NCBI GenBank assembly: GCA_051362555.1
Contig: CM120646.1
Location: 8,990,001 to 9,054,000, forward strand
Direction: 5' to 3'
Source: Lingula anatina
Taxonomy: Eukaryota; Animalia; Brachiopoda
Length of the DNA stretch: 64,000 bases
Part shown: positions 27,313 to 39,900 of the stretch, in pieces
Position numbering within the stretch: the stretch's first letter is position 1
Layout of the letters: the number at the start of each line of letters is the position of its first letter
Made by a program: the position numbers and the translations under genes
Notes under the pieces: generated by a model
What the model saw: the letters and a program-made list of their open reading frames with translations, nothing else
What the model was told of the DNA's origin: nothing
Databases searched by the model: none

Positions 27313-28560
27313 ATCTGACAAACTGTAAAGATATGAGTTTATTTCCATTTTTGACACCTTATTACAAAATGCACAATAACAGGTTTACCATCATTTTTAT
27401 ATAATCAACTAACAATATTGTTAAGATGCAGAAAATGTCAAAAGAACACCTTTACATTACTAATTAGTTCACAAATGAGATTGTTAACATGCCTAAGAAT
27501 TAAATCCGAGGAACAAAAGACTTATATACAAAAAAAGGCACAATTTCACCAAAACTGAACCGATCAAGCTTATTTTCGAACCTCATCTGTATTTTATTAA
27601 ATCTGATCACCCCTGTGAATTTCAAGACGATTGGCCAATTGATTTTCCTTGAAATGTGTTATCGGTGTTGCAATATGCTGAAATAGTGAAAAAATGGCAT
27701 AACTTCCACAAACATGGTCCGATCATGCTGATTTTCGAACTTGACCTGCGTATTAAGAATATTCATCAGTTCTGTAAGTTTCAAGCCAAAAGGTAAAACG
27801 GTTTTTCACTTATCGTGTTATCGGTGTTGCATTTTTGCTGAAAAAAATGAAAAAATGGCATAACTTCCACAAATATGGCCCGATCATGCTGATTTTCAAA
27901 CTTGACCTGCGTAATATGAATATTCATTAGTTCTGTAAGTTTCAAGCCAAAAGGTAAAATGATTTTTCACTTATCATGTTATCAGTGTTGCATATATGGT
28001 GAAAAAAGTGAAAAACAGCATAACTTCCACAAACATGGTCCGATCATGCTGATTTTCGAACTTGACCTGCGTATTATGAATATTCATCAGTTTTGTAAGT
28101 TTCAAGGGAAAAGGTAAAATGGTTTTCCACTTATCGTGTTATCGGTGCTGCATATATGCTGAAACAAGACAGCACTGTTCTGCAATGGGTTTACTTCCAT
28201 TTTTAAAACACTTTTTTAACATAAAACAATAAACAGTTTTCTACCATTTGTATATGATCAACTAAGAAAATTGATGAGATGGGAAAAATATCAATAGAAC
28301 AGTGTTAAATGTCCAATTTCCTCCATTCTGAGATAATGAATATAGTAGATGATTGAATCTGACAAACTGCAATGATATTTGTTTATTTCCATTTTTGACA
28401 CTTTATAACATAATACACAATAACAAGTTTACCATCATTTTTACATAATCAACTAACAATGTTATTAAGATGCAGGAAATGTCTAACAAACACTTTTACG
28501 TATCTTATTAGTTCAATAATGAGACTGTTAACATGCCTAACAATTGAATCTGAGGAAATA
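27313..28560. repeat. Diverged direct duplication of a ~200-bp spacer inside the HINE (27313-~27515 and 28357-~28560, offset ~1044)
   Basis: atctgacaaactg...gtttatttccatttttgacac...acaataacargtttaccatcattttta(t/c)ataatcaactaacaat...gttaacatgcctaa occurs twice, each time in front of a repeat cluster. Confidence 0.9.
27535..28165. repeat. HINE central tandem repeats, cluster 1 (~160 bp; 1 degenerate + 3 conserved copies)
   Basis: TAACTTCCAC recurs at 27700, 27861 and 28021. Core: ccgatcatgctgattttcgaacttgacctgcgtattatgaatattcatcagttctgtaagtttcaagccaaaagg. Confidence 0.92.
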
Positions 28561-28564
28561 AGAA

Positions 28565-29343
28565 AAAACAGCAAAACTTCTAAAAGAATGGCCCGATTAT
28601 GCTGATTTTGGAACTCAACCTGCGTTTTAGTTAGTTTGACTACTCCTGTGAGTATAATGACAATTGGCCTATCTGTTTTTCTTATATTGTGTTATTAGCG
28701 TTGCATATATGTTGAAAGAAGTGAAAAAACAGCATAACTTCCCTAAAAATGGCCCGATCATGCTGATTTTCGAACTTGACCTGCGTATTATGAATATTCA
28801 TCAGTTCTGTAAGTTTCAAGCCAAAAGGTAAAATGGTTTTCCACTTATCGTGTTATCGGTGCTGCATATATGCTGAAAAAAGAGAAAAAATAGCCTAAAT
28901 TCACTAAAAATGACCCAATCACGCTGATTTTTGAACTTGACCTGCGTATTATAAATATTCATCAGATCTGTAAGTTTCAAGCCAAAAAGTAAAATGGTTT
29001 TCCACTTATCGTGTTATCGGTGCTGTATATATGCTGAAAAAAGTGAAAAAACAGCATAAATTCTCTATAAGTGACCCGATCATGCTGATTTTCAAACTTG
29101 ACCTGCGTATTATGAATATTCATCAGTTCTGTAAGTTTCAAGCCAAAAGGTAAAATGGTTTTCCACTTACCGTGTTATCGGTGCTGCATATATGCTGAAA
29201 AAAGTGAAAAAACAGCATATATGCCCTATAAGTGACCCGATCATGCCGATTTTCGAACTTGACCTGCGTATTATGAATATTCACTAGTTCTGTAAGTTTC
29301 AAGCCAAAAGAAAAAACAGTTTTCCACTTATCGTGTTATCGGT
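28565..29343. repeat. HINE central tandem repeats, cluster 2 (~160 bp; 1 degenerate + 4 copies, the last partial)
   Basis: Same core motif (gaacttgacctgcgtattatgaatattca) at a ~160-bp period, ending next to the microsatellite. Confidence 0.92.
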
Positions 29344-29351
29344 AAAAGTGC

Positions 29352-29383
29352 ACGGCGACGACGGCGACGGCGACGACAGACGA
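29352..29383. repeat. GC-rich imperfect microsatellite (CGA/CGG)n of the HINE
   Basis: acggcgacgacggcgacggcgacgacagacga is the only CpG-dense patch in the window. Confidence 0.9.
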
Positions 29384-29391
29384 TGGCTATA

Positions 29392-29418
29392 TGAACAGAC
29401 ACATCTGTGTCTGTACAT
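29392..29418. repeat. Subterminal inverted repeat and hairpin (5' end of element)
   Basis: tgaacagacac-atct-gtgtctgtaca forms an 11-bp stem with one mismatch and a 4-nt loop. It includes the subTIR at 29408-29418. Confidence 0.9.
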
Positions 29419-30472
29419 AAAAACTGAAAATGACATTGCAAAGACTGCAAAATTCCATGGCTTAAAATAGTTAAACTTGAATAATTTTCACAAATCTTGT
29501 CTAATATTTGTGAAATTTGGAAAGATGATGCAACAATAAAAATCTGTGATAAGCTCATCAGTTGACTGTGTCTCATGAAAAACATTTTTTTTTTTTTTGG
29601 ACAATAAATTTGAGAAAACTGAAAATAACACTGAAACGACTGCCAAATTCCATGGCTTAAAATAGTTTAACGTTAATAATTTTTACAAATCTTGTCTAAT
29701 ATTTATGAAATTTGGAAAGATGATGCATAACAATAATAAAAATCTGCGATAAGCTCATCAGTTGAATGTGTCTCATTAAAAAGAATTTTCAGAGCATATA
29801 AATGTGAAAAAACTGAAAATAAAACTGAAAAGACTGCCAAATTCCATGGTATAAAATAGTTAAACATTAATATTTTTCACAAATCTTCGCCAATATTTGT
29901 GGAATTGGGAGTGATGATGCTTAACAATAATAAAAATCTGTGATTAGCTCATCAGTTTACTGTGTTTCATGAAAAACATTTTTGAGAGCATATAAATGTG
30001 AGAAAACTGAAAATGACATTGCAAAGACTGCAAAATTCAATGGCTTAGAATAGTTAAACGTTAATAATTTTCACAAAACATGTTCAATATTTGTGAAATT
30101 TGGAGAGATGATGCTTAACAATATCAAAAATCTGTGATAAGTTTAACAGTTGACAGTGTGTGATAGAATTGTAGTTGTTTGACATATTGTATGCGAAGAG
30201 TGAGAATTATCTAAAATATTTTTTTTTCAATTTCACAACATCTAATTAGACTCACATTAAACATCAAATATCATGATTTGAGTTTGTTTGTGTAAGAGGT
30301 GACAAATTACCCATAATTTTCCTCTGGAAAAGAATATATACCCATTTAAGACATCTCCTTACTACCAATACCAGATGCAGATTCCTCCTTACAATCGGTT
30401 TCTGGAATAGGGTTTAGCACACCATTTGACAATGTCCTAAAGCTTGCCATATACCATCTATTGTACACATGG

Positions 30473-30643
30473 ATGAGACATAGCATTGCTCTTGCTGTTG
30501 TCTTTTGCTGTCTGTTTTTTCTAAAGGAATTAGCCCTGACCAGACAGGAAGAATCAGTTCACCAAAAAAGCCATCACGCTGTATGGAAAAGGTTACCTGG
30601 AAAAAGAACAATATCTTTGATAAAAGTGAAAATTAAATTCTAA
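30473..30643 (+). other. Small antisense ORF in a subset of cassettes (56 aa, MRHSIALAVVFCCLFFLKELALTRQEESVHQKSHHAVWKRLPGKRTISLIKVKIKF); coding status unproven
   Basis: Open only in the 13 cassettes where CTA-TAG is CTA-AAG (11) or CTA-CAG (2). It has an ATG at 30473, a hydrophobic N-terminus and two KR pairs. Confidence 0.15.
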
Positions 30644-30800
30644 AAATTGACAAATTTCCCACACTAAAATAGATGAACAATAATTTTGATAAACGTAACC
30701 TAAACAGTTGACTATGACTAATAAAAAGGATATTTTCAGAACATATAAATTTGAGAAATACTGAAAATGACATTGAAAAGACTGCCAAATGCGGTGCCTT

Positions 30801-30994
30801 AAAATAGTTAAATGTTAATAATTTTCACAAATCTTGTCTAATATTTGTGAAATTTGGATAGATGATGCATAACAACAATAAAAATCTGTGATAAGCTCAT
30901 CAGTTGACTGTGTCTCATGAAAAACATTTTTCAGAGCAAATAAATGTGAGAAAACTGAAAATAAAACTGAAAAGACTGCCAAATTCCATGGTAT
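30801..30994. repeat. Representative 194-bp satellite monomer
   Basis: AAAATAGTTAAA recurs at 30801 and 30995. Consensus: aaaatagttaaatgttaataattttcacaaatcttgtcyaatatttgtgraatttggabagatgatgcwtaacaayaataaaaatctgtgataagctcatcagttgactgtgtctcatgaaaaa...aaactgaaaatgacattgmaaagactgc(a/c)aaattccatggctt. Several distinguishable subtypes occur. Confidence 0.97.
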
Positions 30995-33900
30995 AAAATA
31001 GTTAAACATTAATATTTTTCACAAATCTTCTCCAATATTTGTGGAATTGGGAGTGATGATGCTTAACAATTATAAAAATCTGTGATTAGCTCATCAGTTT
31101 ACTGTGTTTCATGAAAAACATTTTTGAGAGCATATAAATGTGAGAAAACTGAAAATGACATTGCAAAGACTGCAAAATTCCATGGCTTAAAATAGTTAAA
31201 TGTTAATAATTTTCACAAATCTTGTCTAATATTTGTGAAATTTGGATAGATGATGCATAACAACAATAAAAATCTGTGATAAGCTCATCAGTTGACTGTG
31301 TTTCATGAAAAACATTTTTCAGAGCAAATAAATGTGAGAAAACTGAAAATAAAACTGAAAAGACTGCCAAATTCCATGGTATAAAATAGTTAAACATTAA
31401 TATTTTTCACAAATCTTGTCCAATATTTGTGGAATTGGGAGTGATGATGCTTAACAATAATAAAAATCTGTGATTAGCTCATCAGTTTACTGTTTCATGA
31501 AAAACATTTTTGAGAGCATATAAATGTGAGAAAACTGAAAATGACATTGCAAAGACTGCAAATTTCCATGGCTTAAAATAGTTAAATGTTAATAATTTTC
31601 ACAAATCTTGTCTAATATTTGTGGAATTTGGAGAGATGATGCTTAACAATAATACAAGTCTGTGATAAGCTCATCAGTTTACTGTGTCTCATGAAAAACA
31701 TTTTTTTATTTGGACAATAAATTTGAGAAAACTGAAAATAACACTGAAACGACTGCCAAATTCCATGGCTTAAAATAGTTAAACGTTAATAATTTTTACA
31801 AATCTTGTCTAATATTTATGAAATTTGGAAAGATGATGCATAACAATAATAAAAATCTGCGATAAGCTCATCAGTTGAATGTGTCTCATGAAAAAGAATT
31901 TTCAGAGCATATAAATGTGAAAAAACTGAAAATGACATTGCAAAGACTGCAAAATTCAATGGCTTAGAATAGTTAAACGTTAATAATTTTCACAAAACAT
32001 GTTCAATATTTGTGAAATTTGGAGAGATGATGCTTAACAATATCAAAAATCTGTGATAAGTTTAACAGTTGACAGTGTGTGATAGAATTGTAGTTGTTTG
32101 ACATATTGTATGCGAAGAGTGAGAATTATCTAAAATATTTTTTTTTCAATTTCACAACATCTAATTAGACTCACATTAAACATCAAATATCATGATTTGA
32201 GTTTGTTTGTGTAAGAGGTGACAAATTACCCATAATTTTCCTCTGGAAAAGAATATATACCCATTTAAGACATCTCCTTACTACCAATACCAGATGCAGA
32301 TTCCTCCTTACAATCGGTTTCTGGAATAGGGTTTAGCACACCATTTGACAATGTCCTAAAGCTTGCCATATACCATCTATTGTACACATGGATGAGACAT
32401 AGCATTGCTCTTGCTGTTGTCTTTTGCTGTCTGTTTTTTCTAAAGGAATTAGCCCTGACCAGACAGGAAGAATCAGTTCACCAAAAAAGCCATCACGCTG
32501 TATGGAAAAGGTTACCTGGAAAAAGAACAATATCTTTGATAAAAGTGAAAATTAAATTCTAAAAATTGACAAATTTCCCACACTAAAATAGATGAACAAT
32601 AATTTTGATAAACGTAACCTAAACAGTTGACTATGACTAATAAAAAGGATATTTTCAGAACATATAAATTTGAGAAATACTGAAAATGACATTGAAAAGA
32701 CTGCCAAATGCGGTGCCTTAAAATAGTTAAATGTTAATAATTTTCACAAATCTTGTCTAATATTTGTGAAATTTGGATAGATGATGCATAACAACAATAA
32801 AAATCTGTGATAAGCTCATCAGTTGACTGTGTCTCATGAAAAACATTTTTCAGAGCAAATAAATGTGAGAAAACTGAAAATAAAACTGAAAAGACTGCCA
32901 AATTCCATGGTATAAAATAGTTAAACATTAATATTTTTCACAAATCTTCTCCAATATTTGTGGAATTGGGAGTGATGATGCTTAACAATTATAAAAATCT
33001 GTGATTAGCTCATCAGTTTACTGTGTTTCATGAAAAACATTTTTGAGAGCATATAAATGTGAGAAAACTGAAAATGACATTGCAAAGACTGCAAAATTCC
33101 ATGGCTTAAAATAGTTAAATGTTAATAATTTTCACAAATCTTGTCTAATATTTGTGAAATTTGGATAGATGATGCATAACAACAATAAAAATCTGTGATA
33201 AGCTCATCAGTTGACTGTGTTTCATGAAAAACATTTTTCAGAGCAAATAAATGTGAGAAAACTGAAAATAAAACTGAAAAGACTGCCAAATTCCATGGTA
33301 TAAAATAGTTAAACATTAATATTTTTCACAAATCTTGTCCAATATTTGTGGAATTGGGAGTGATGATGCTTAACAATAATAAAAATCTGTGATTAGCTCA
33401 TCAGTTTACTGTTTCATGAAAAACATTTTTGAGAGCATATAAATGTGAGAAAACTGAAAATGACATTGCAAAGACTGCAAATTTCCATGGCTTAAAATAG
33501 TTAAATGTTAATAATTTTCACAAATCTTGTCTAATATTTGTGGAATTTGGAGAGATGATGCTTAACAATAATACAAGTCTGTGATAAGCTCATCAGTTTA
33601 CTGTGTCTCATGAAAAACATTTTTTTATTTGGACAATAAATTTGAGAAAACTGAAAATAACACTGAAACGACTGCCAAATTCCATGGCTTAAAAAAGTTA
33701 AACGTTAATAATTTTTACAAATCTTGTCTAATATTTATGAAATTTGGAAAGATGATGCATAACAATAATAAAAATCTGCGATAAGCTCATCAGTTGAATG
33801 TGTCTCATGAAAAAGAATTTTCAGAGCATATAAATGTGAAAAAACTGAAAATGACATTGCAAAGACTGCAAAATTCAATGGCTTAGAATAGTTAAACGTT

Positions 33901-36900
33901 AATAATTTTCACAAAACATGTTCAATATTTGTGAAATTTGGAGAGATGATGCTTAACAATATCAAAAATCTGTGATAAGTTTAACAGTTGACAGTGTGTG
34001 ATAGAATTGTAGTTGTTTGACATATTGTATGCGAAGAGTGAGAATTATCTAAAATATTTTTTTTTCAATTTCACAACATCTAATTAGACTCACATTAAAC
34101 ATCAAATATCATGATTTGAGTTTGTTTGTGTAAGAGGTGACAAATTACCCATAATTTTCCTCTGGAAAAGAATATATACCCATTTAAGACATCTCCTTAC
34201 TACCAATACCAGATGCAGATTCCTCCTTACAATCGGTTTCTGGAATAGGGTTTAGCACACCATTTGACAATGTCCTAAAGCTTGCCATATACCATCTATT
34301 GTACACATGGATGAGACATAGCATTGTTCTTGCTGTTGTCTTTTGCTGTCTGTTTTTTCTATAGGAATTAGCCCTGACCAGACAGGAAGAATCAGTTCAC
34401 CAAAAAAGCCATCACGCTGTATGGAAAAGGTCACCTGGAAAAAGAACAACATGTTTCATAAAAGTGAAAACTAAATTCTAAAGATTGACAAATTTCCCAC
34501 ACTAAAAAAGTTGAACAATAATTTTGATAAACTTAACCTAAACAGTTGACTATGACTAATAAAAAGGATATTTTCAGAACATATAAATTTGAGAAATACT
34601 TAAAATGACATTGAAAAGACTGCCAAATGCGGTGCCTTAAAATAGTTAAATGTTAATAATTTTCACAAATCTTGTCTAATATTTGTGAAATTTGGATAGA
34701 TGATGCATAACAACAATAAAAATCTGTGATAAGCTCATCAGTTGACTGTGTCTCATGAAAAACATTTTTCAGAGCAAATAAATGTGAGAAAACTGAAAAT
34801 AAAACTGAAAAGACTGCCAAATTCCATGGTATAAAATAGTTAAACATTAATATTTTTCACAAATCTTCTCCAATATTTGTGGAATTGGGAGTGATGATGC
34901 TTAACAATTATAAAAATCTGTGATTAGCTCATCAGTTTACTGTGTTTCATGAAAAACATTTTTGAGAGCATATAAATGTGAGAAAACTGAAAATGACATT
35001 GCAAAGACTGCAAAATTCCATGGCTTAAAATAGTTAAATGTTAATAATTTTCACAAATCTTGTCTAATATTTGTGAAATTTGGATAGATGATGCTAAACA
35101 ACAATAAAAATCTGTGATAAGCTCATCAGTTGACTGTGTTTCATGAAAAACATTTTTCAGAGCAAATAAATGTGAGAAAACTGAAAATAAAACTGAAAAG
35201 ACTGCCAAATTCCATGGTATAAAATAGTTAAACATTAATATTTTTCACAAATCTTGTCCAATATTTGTGGAATTGGGAGTGATGATGCTTAACAATAATA
35301 AAAATCTGTGATTAGCTCATCAGTTTACTGTTTCATGAAAAACATTTTTGAGAGCATATAAATGTGAGAAAACTGAAAATGACATTGCAAAGACTGCAAA
35401 TTTCCATGGCTTAAAATAGTTAAATGTTAATAATTTTCACAAATCTTGTCTAATATTTGTGGAATTTGGAGAGATGATGCTTAACAATAATACAAGTCTG
35501 TGATAAGCTCATCAGTTTACTGTGTCTCATGAAAAACATTTTTTTATTTGGACAATAAATTTGAGAAAACTGAAAATAACACCGAAACGACTGCCAAATT
35601 CCATGGCTTAAAATAGTTAAACGTTAATAATTTTTACAAATCTTGTCTAATATTTATGAAATTTGGAAAGATGATGCATAACAATAATAAAAATCTGCGA
35701 TAAGCTCATCAGTTGAATGTGTCTCATGAAAAAGAATTTTCAGAGCATATAAATGTGAAAAAACTGAAAATGACATTGCAAAGACTGCAAAATTCAATGG
35801 CTTAGAATAGTTAAACGTTAATAATTTTCACAAAACATGTTCAATATTTGTGAAATTTGGAGAGATGATGCTTAACAATATCAAAAATCTGTGATAAGTT
35901 TAACAGTTGACAGTGTGTGATAGAATTGTAGTTGTTTGACATATTGTATGCGAAGAGTGAGAATTATCTAAAATATTTTTTTTTCAATTTCACAACATCT
36001 AATTAGACTCACATTAAACATCAAATATCATGATTTGAGTTTGTTTGTGTAAGAGGTGACAAATTACCCATAATTTTCCTCTGGAAAAGAATATATACCC
36101 ATTTAAGACATCTCCTTACTACCAAAACCAGATGCAGATTCCTCCTTACAATCGGTTTCTGGAATAGGGTTTAGCACACCATTTGACAATGTCCTAAAGC
36201 TTGCCATATACCATCTATTGTACACATGGATGAGACATAGCATTGTTCTTGCTGTTGTCTTTTGCTGTCTGTTTTTTCTATAGGAATTAGCCCTGACCAG
36301 ACAGGAAGAATCAGTTCACCAAAAAAGCCATCACGCTGTATGGAAAAGGTCACCTGGAAAAAGAACAACATGTTTCATAAAAGTGAAAACTAAATTCTAA
36401 AGATTGACAAATTTCCCACACTAAAAAAGTTGAACAATAATTTTGATAAACTTAACCTAAACAGTTGACTATGACTAATAAAAAGGATATTTTCAGAACA
36501 TATAAATTTGAGAAATACTTAAAATGACATTGAAAAGACTGCCAAATGCGGTGCCTTAAAATAGTTAAATGTTAATAATTTTCACAAAACATGTTCAATA
36601 TTTGTGAAATTTGGAGAGATGATGCTTAACAATATCAAAAATCTGTGATAAGTTTAACAGTTGACAGTGTGTGATAGAATTGTAGTTGTTTGACATATTG
36701 TATGCGAAGAGTGAGAATTATCTAAAATATTTTTTTTTTCAATTTCACAACATCTAATTAGACTCACATTAAACATCAAATATCATGATTTGAGTTTGTT
36801 TGTGTAAGAGGTGACAAATTACCCATAATTTTCCTCTGGAAAAGAATATATACCCATTTAAGACATCTCCTTACTACCAATACCAGATGCAGATTCCTCC

Positions 36901-39900
36901 TTACAATCGGTTTCTGGAATAGGGTTTAGCACACCATTTGACAATGTCCTAAAGCTTGCCATATACCATCTATTGTACACATGGATGAGACATAGCATTG
37001 CTCTTGCTGTTGTCTTTTGCTGTCTGTTTTTTCTAAAGGAATTAGCCCTGACCAGACAGGAAGAATCAGTTCACCAAAAAAGCCATCACGCTGTATGGAA
37101 AAGGTTACCTGGAAAAAGAACAATATCTTTGATAAAAGTGAAAATTAAATTCTAAAAATTGACAAATTTCCCACACTAAAATAGATGAACAATAATTTTG
37201 ATAAACGTAACCTAAACAGTTGACTATGACTAATAAAAAGGATATTTTCAGAACATATAAATTTGAGAAATACTGAAAATGACATTGAAAAGACTGCCAA
37301 ATGCGGTGCCTTAAAATAGTTAAATGTTAATAATTTTCACAAATCTTGTCTAATATTTGTGAAATTTGGATAGATGATGCATAACAACAATAAAAATCTG
37401 TGATAAGCTCATCAGTTGACTGTGTCTCATGAAAAACATTTTTCAGAGCAAATAAATGTGAGAAAACTGAAAATAAAACTGAAAAGACTGCCAAATTCCA
37501 TGGTATAAAATAGTTAAACATTAATATTTTTCACAAATCTTCTCCAATATTTGTGGAATTGGGAGTGATGATGCTTAACAATTATAAAAATCTGTGATTA
37601 GCTCATCAGTTTACTGTGTTTCATGAAAAACATTTTTGAGAGCATATAAATGTGAGAAAACTGAAAATGACATTGCAAAGACTGCAAAATTCCATGGCTT
37701 AAAATAGTTAAATGTTAATAATTTTCACAAATCTTGTCTAATATTTGTGAAATTTGGATAGATGATGCATAACAACAATAAAAATCTGTGATAAGCTCAT
37801 CAGTTGACTGTGTTTCATGAAAAACATTTTTCAGAGCAAATAAATGTGAGAAAACTGAAAATAAAACTGAAAAGACTGCCAAATTCCATGGTATAAAATA
37901 GTTAAACATTAATATTTTTCACAAATCTTGTCCAATATTTGTGGAATTGGGAGTGATGATGCTTAACAATAATAAAAATCTGTGATTAGCTCATCAGTTT
38001 ACTGTTTCATGAAAAACATTTTTGAGAGCATATAAATGTGAGAAAACTGAAAATGACATTGCAAAGACTGCAAATTTCCATGGCTTAAAATAGTTAAATG
38101 TTAATAATTTTCACAAATCTTGTCTAATATTTGTGGAATTTGGAGAGATGATGCTTAACAATAATACAAGTCTGTGATAAGCTCATCAGTTTACTGTGTC
38201 TCATGAAAAACATTTTTTTATTTGGACAATAAATTTGAGAAAACTGAAAATAACACTGAAACGACTGCCAAATTCCATGGCTTAAAATAGTTAAACGTTA
38301 ATAATTTTTACAAATCTTGTCTAATATTTATGAAATTTGGAAAGATGATGCATAACAATAATAAAAATCTGCGATAAGCTCATCAGTTGAATGTGTCTCA
38401 TGAAAAAGAATTTTCAGAGCATATAAATGTGAGAAAACTGAAAATGACATTGCAAAGACTGCAAAATTCCATGGCTTAAAATAGTTAAATGTTAATAATT
38501 TTCACAAATCTTGTCTAATATTTGTGAAATTTGGATAGATGATGCATAACAACAATAAAAATCTGTGATAAGCTCATCAGTTGACTGTGTTTCATGAAAA
38601 ACATTTTTCAGAGCAAATAAATGTGAGAAAACTGAAAATAAAACTGAAAAGACTGCCAAATTCCATGGTATAAAATAGTTAAACATTAATATTTTTCACA
38701 AATCTTCTCCAATATTTGTGGAATTGGGAGTGATGATGCTTAACAATTATAAAAATCTGTGATTAGCTCATCAGTTTACTGTGTTTCATGAAAAACATTT
38801 TTGAGAGCATATAAATGTGAGAAAACTGAAAATGACATTGACAAGACTGCAAATTTCCATGGCTTAAAATAGTTAAATGTTAATAATTTTCACAAATCTT
38901 GTCTAATATTTGTGGAATTTGGAGAGATGATGCTTAACAATAATACAAGTCTGTGATAAGCTCATCAGTTTACTGTGTCTCATGAAAAACATTTTTTTAT
39001 TTGGACAATAAATTTGAGAAAACTGAAAATAACACTGAAACGACTGCCAAATTCCATGGCTTAAAATAGTTAAACGTTAATAATTTTTACAAATCTTGTC
39101 TAATATTTATGAAATTTGGAAAGATGATGCATAACAATAATAAAAATCTGCGATAAGCTCATCAGTTGAATGTGTCTCATGAAAAAGAATTTTCAGAGCA
39201 TATAAATGTGAAAAAACTGAAAATGACATTGCAAAGACTGCAAAATTCAATGGCTTAGAATAGTTAAACGTTAATAATTTTCACAAAACATGTTCAATAT
39301 TTGTGAAATTTGGAGAGATGATGCTTAACAATATCAAAAATCTGTGATAAGTTTAACAGTTGACAGTGTGTGATAGAATTGTAGTTGTTTGACATATTGT
39401 ATGCGAAGAGTGAGAATTATCTAAAATATTTTTTTTTCAATTTCACAACATCTAATTAGACTCACATTAAACATCAAATATCATGATTTGAGTTTGTTTG
39501 TGTAAGAGGTGACAAATTACCCATAATTTTCCTCTGGAAAAGAATATATACCCATTTAAGACATCTCCTTACTACCAATACCAGATGCAGATTCCTCCTT
39601 ACAATCGGTTTCTGGAATAGGGTTTAGCACACCATTTGACAATGTCCTAAAGCTTGCCATATACCATCTATTGTACACATGGATGAGACATAGCATTGTT
39701 CTTGCTGTTGTCTTTTGCTGTCTGTTTTTTCTATAGGAATTAGCCCTGACCAGACAGGAAGAATCAGTTCACCAAAAAAGCCATCACGCTGTATGGAAAA
39801 GGTCACCTGGAAAAAGAACAACATGTTTGATAAAAGTGAAAACTAAATTCTAAAGATTGACAAATTTCCCACACTAAAAAAGTTGAACAATAATTTTGAT

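Larger units (their letters stand above)
27009..29418 (-). mobile_element. Non-autonomous Helentron-associated element (HINE / DINE-1 / CvA-pearl-like), ~2.4 kb, no transposase
   Basis: Minus-strand order: TTTTT, subTIR ATGTACAGACA with an adjacent inverted copy (5' hairpin), (GTC/GCC)n microsatellite, ~160-bp tandem central repeats, complementary subTIR TGTCTGTACAT, and a short 3' hairpin GACAGC-tttgca-GCTTTC. There is no target-site duplication and the element abuts a T-run. This modular order is the established HINE architecture. Confidence 0.85.

Noticed and set aside
27175-27357. 60-aa ORF inside the HINE as a transposase remnant
   Set aside because: It has a non-ATG start, is short, and shows no HUH Rep, helicase or DDE motifs.
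27009-29418. Insertion as a classical TIR MITE or LTR element
   Set aside because: The inverted repeats are subterminal and asymmetric, with hairpins and a microsatellite. There is no TSD and there are no long terminal direct repeats.
29328-29585. 85-aa ORF with a poly-Arg tract
   Set aside because: It is chimeric across the satellite/HINE junction, and the poly-Arg is the translated microsatellite.
30815-31009. Repeated 64-aa ORFs MFNYFIPWNLAVFSVLFSVFSHLFALKNVFHETQSTDELITDFYCCYASSIQISQILDKICENY
   Set aside because: Each spans exactly one monomer of a single subtype. The monomer length (194) is not a multiple of 3, other subtypes are closed, and the hydrophobicity follows from T-rich sequence.
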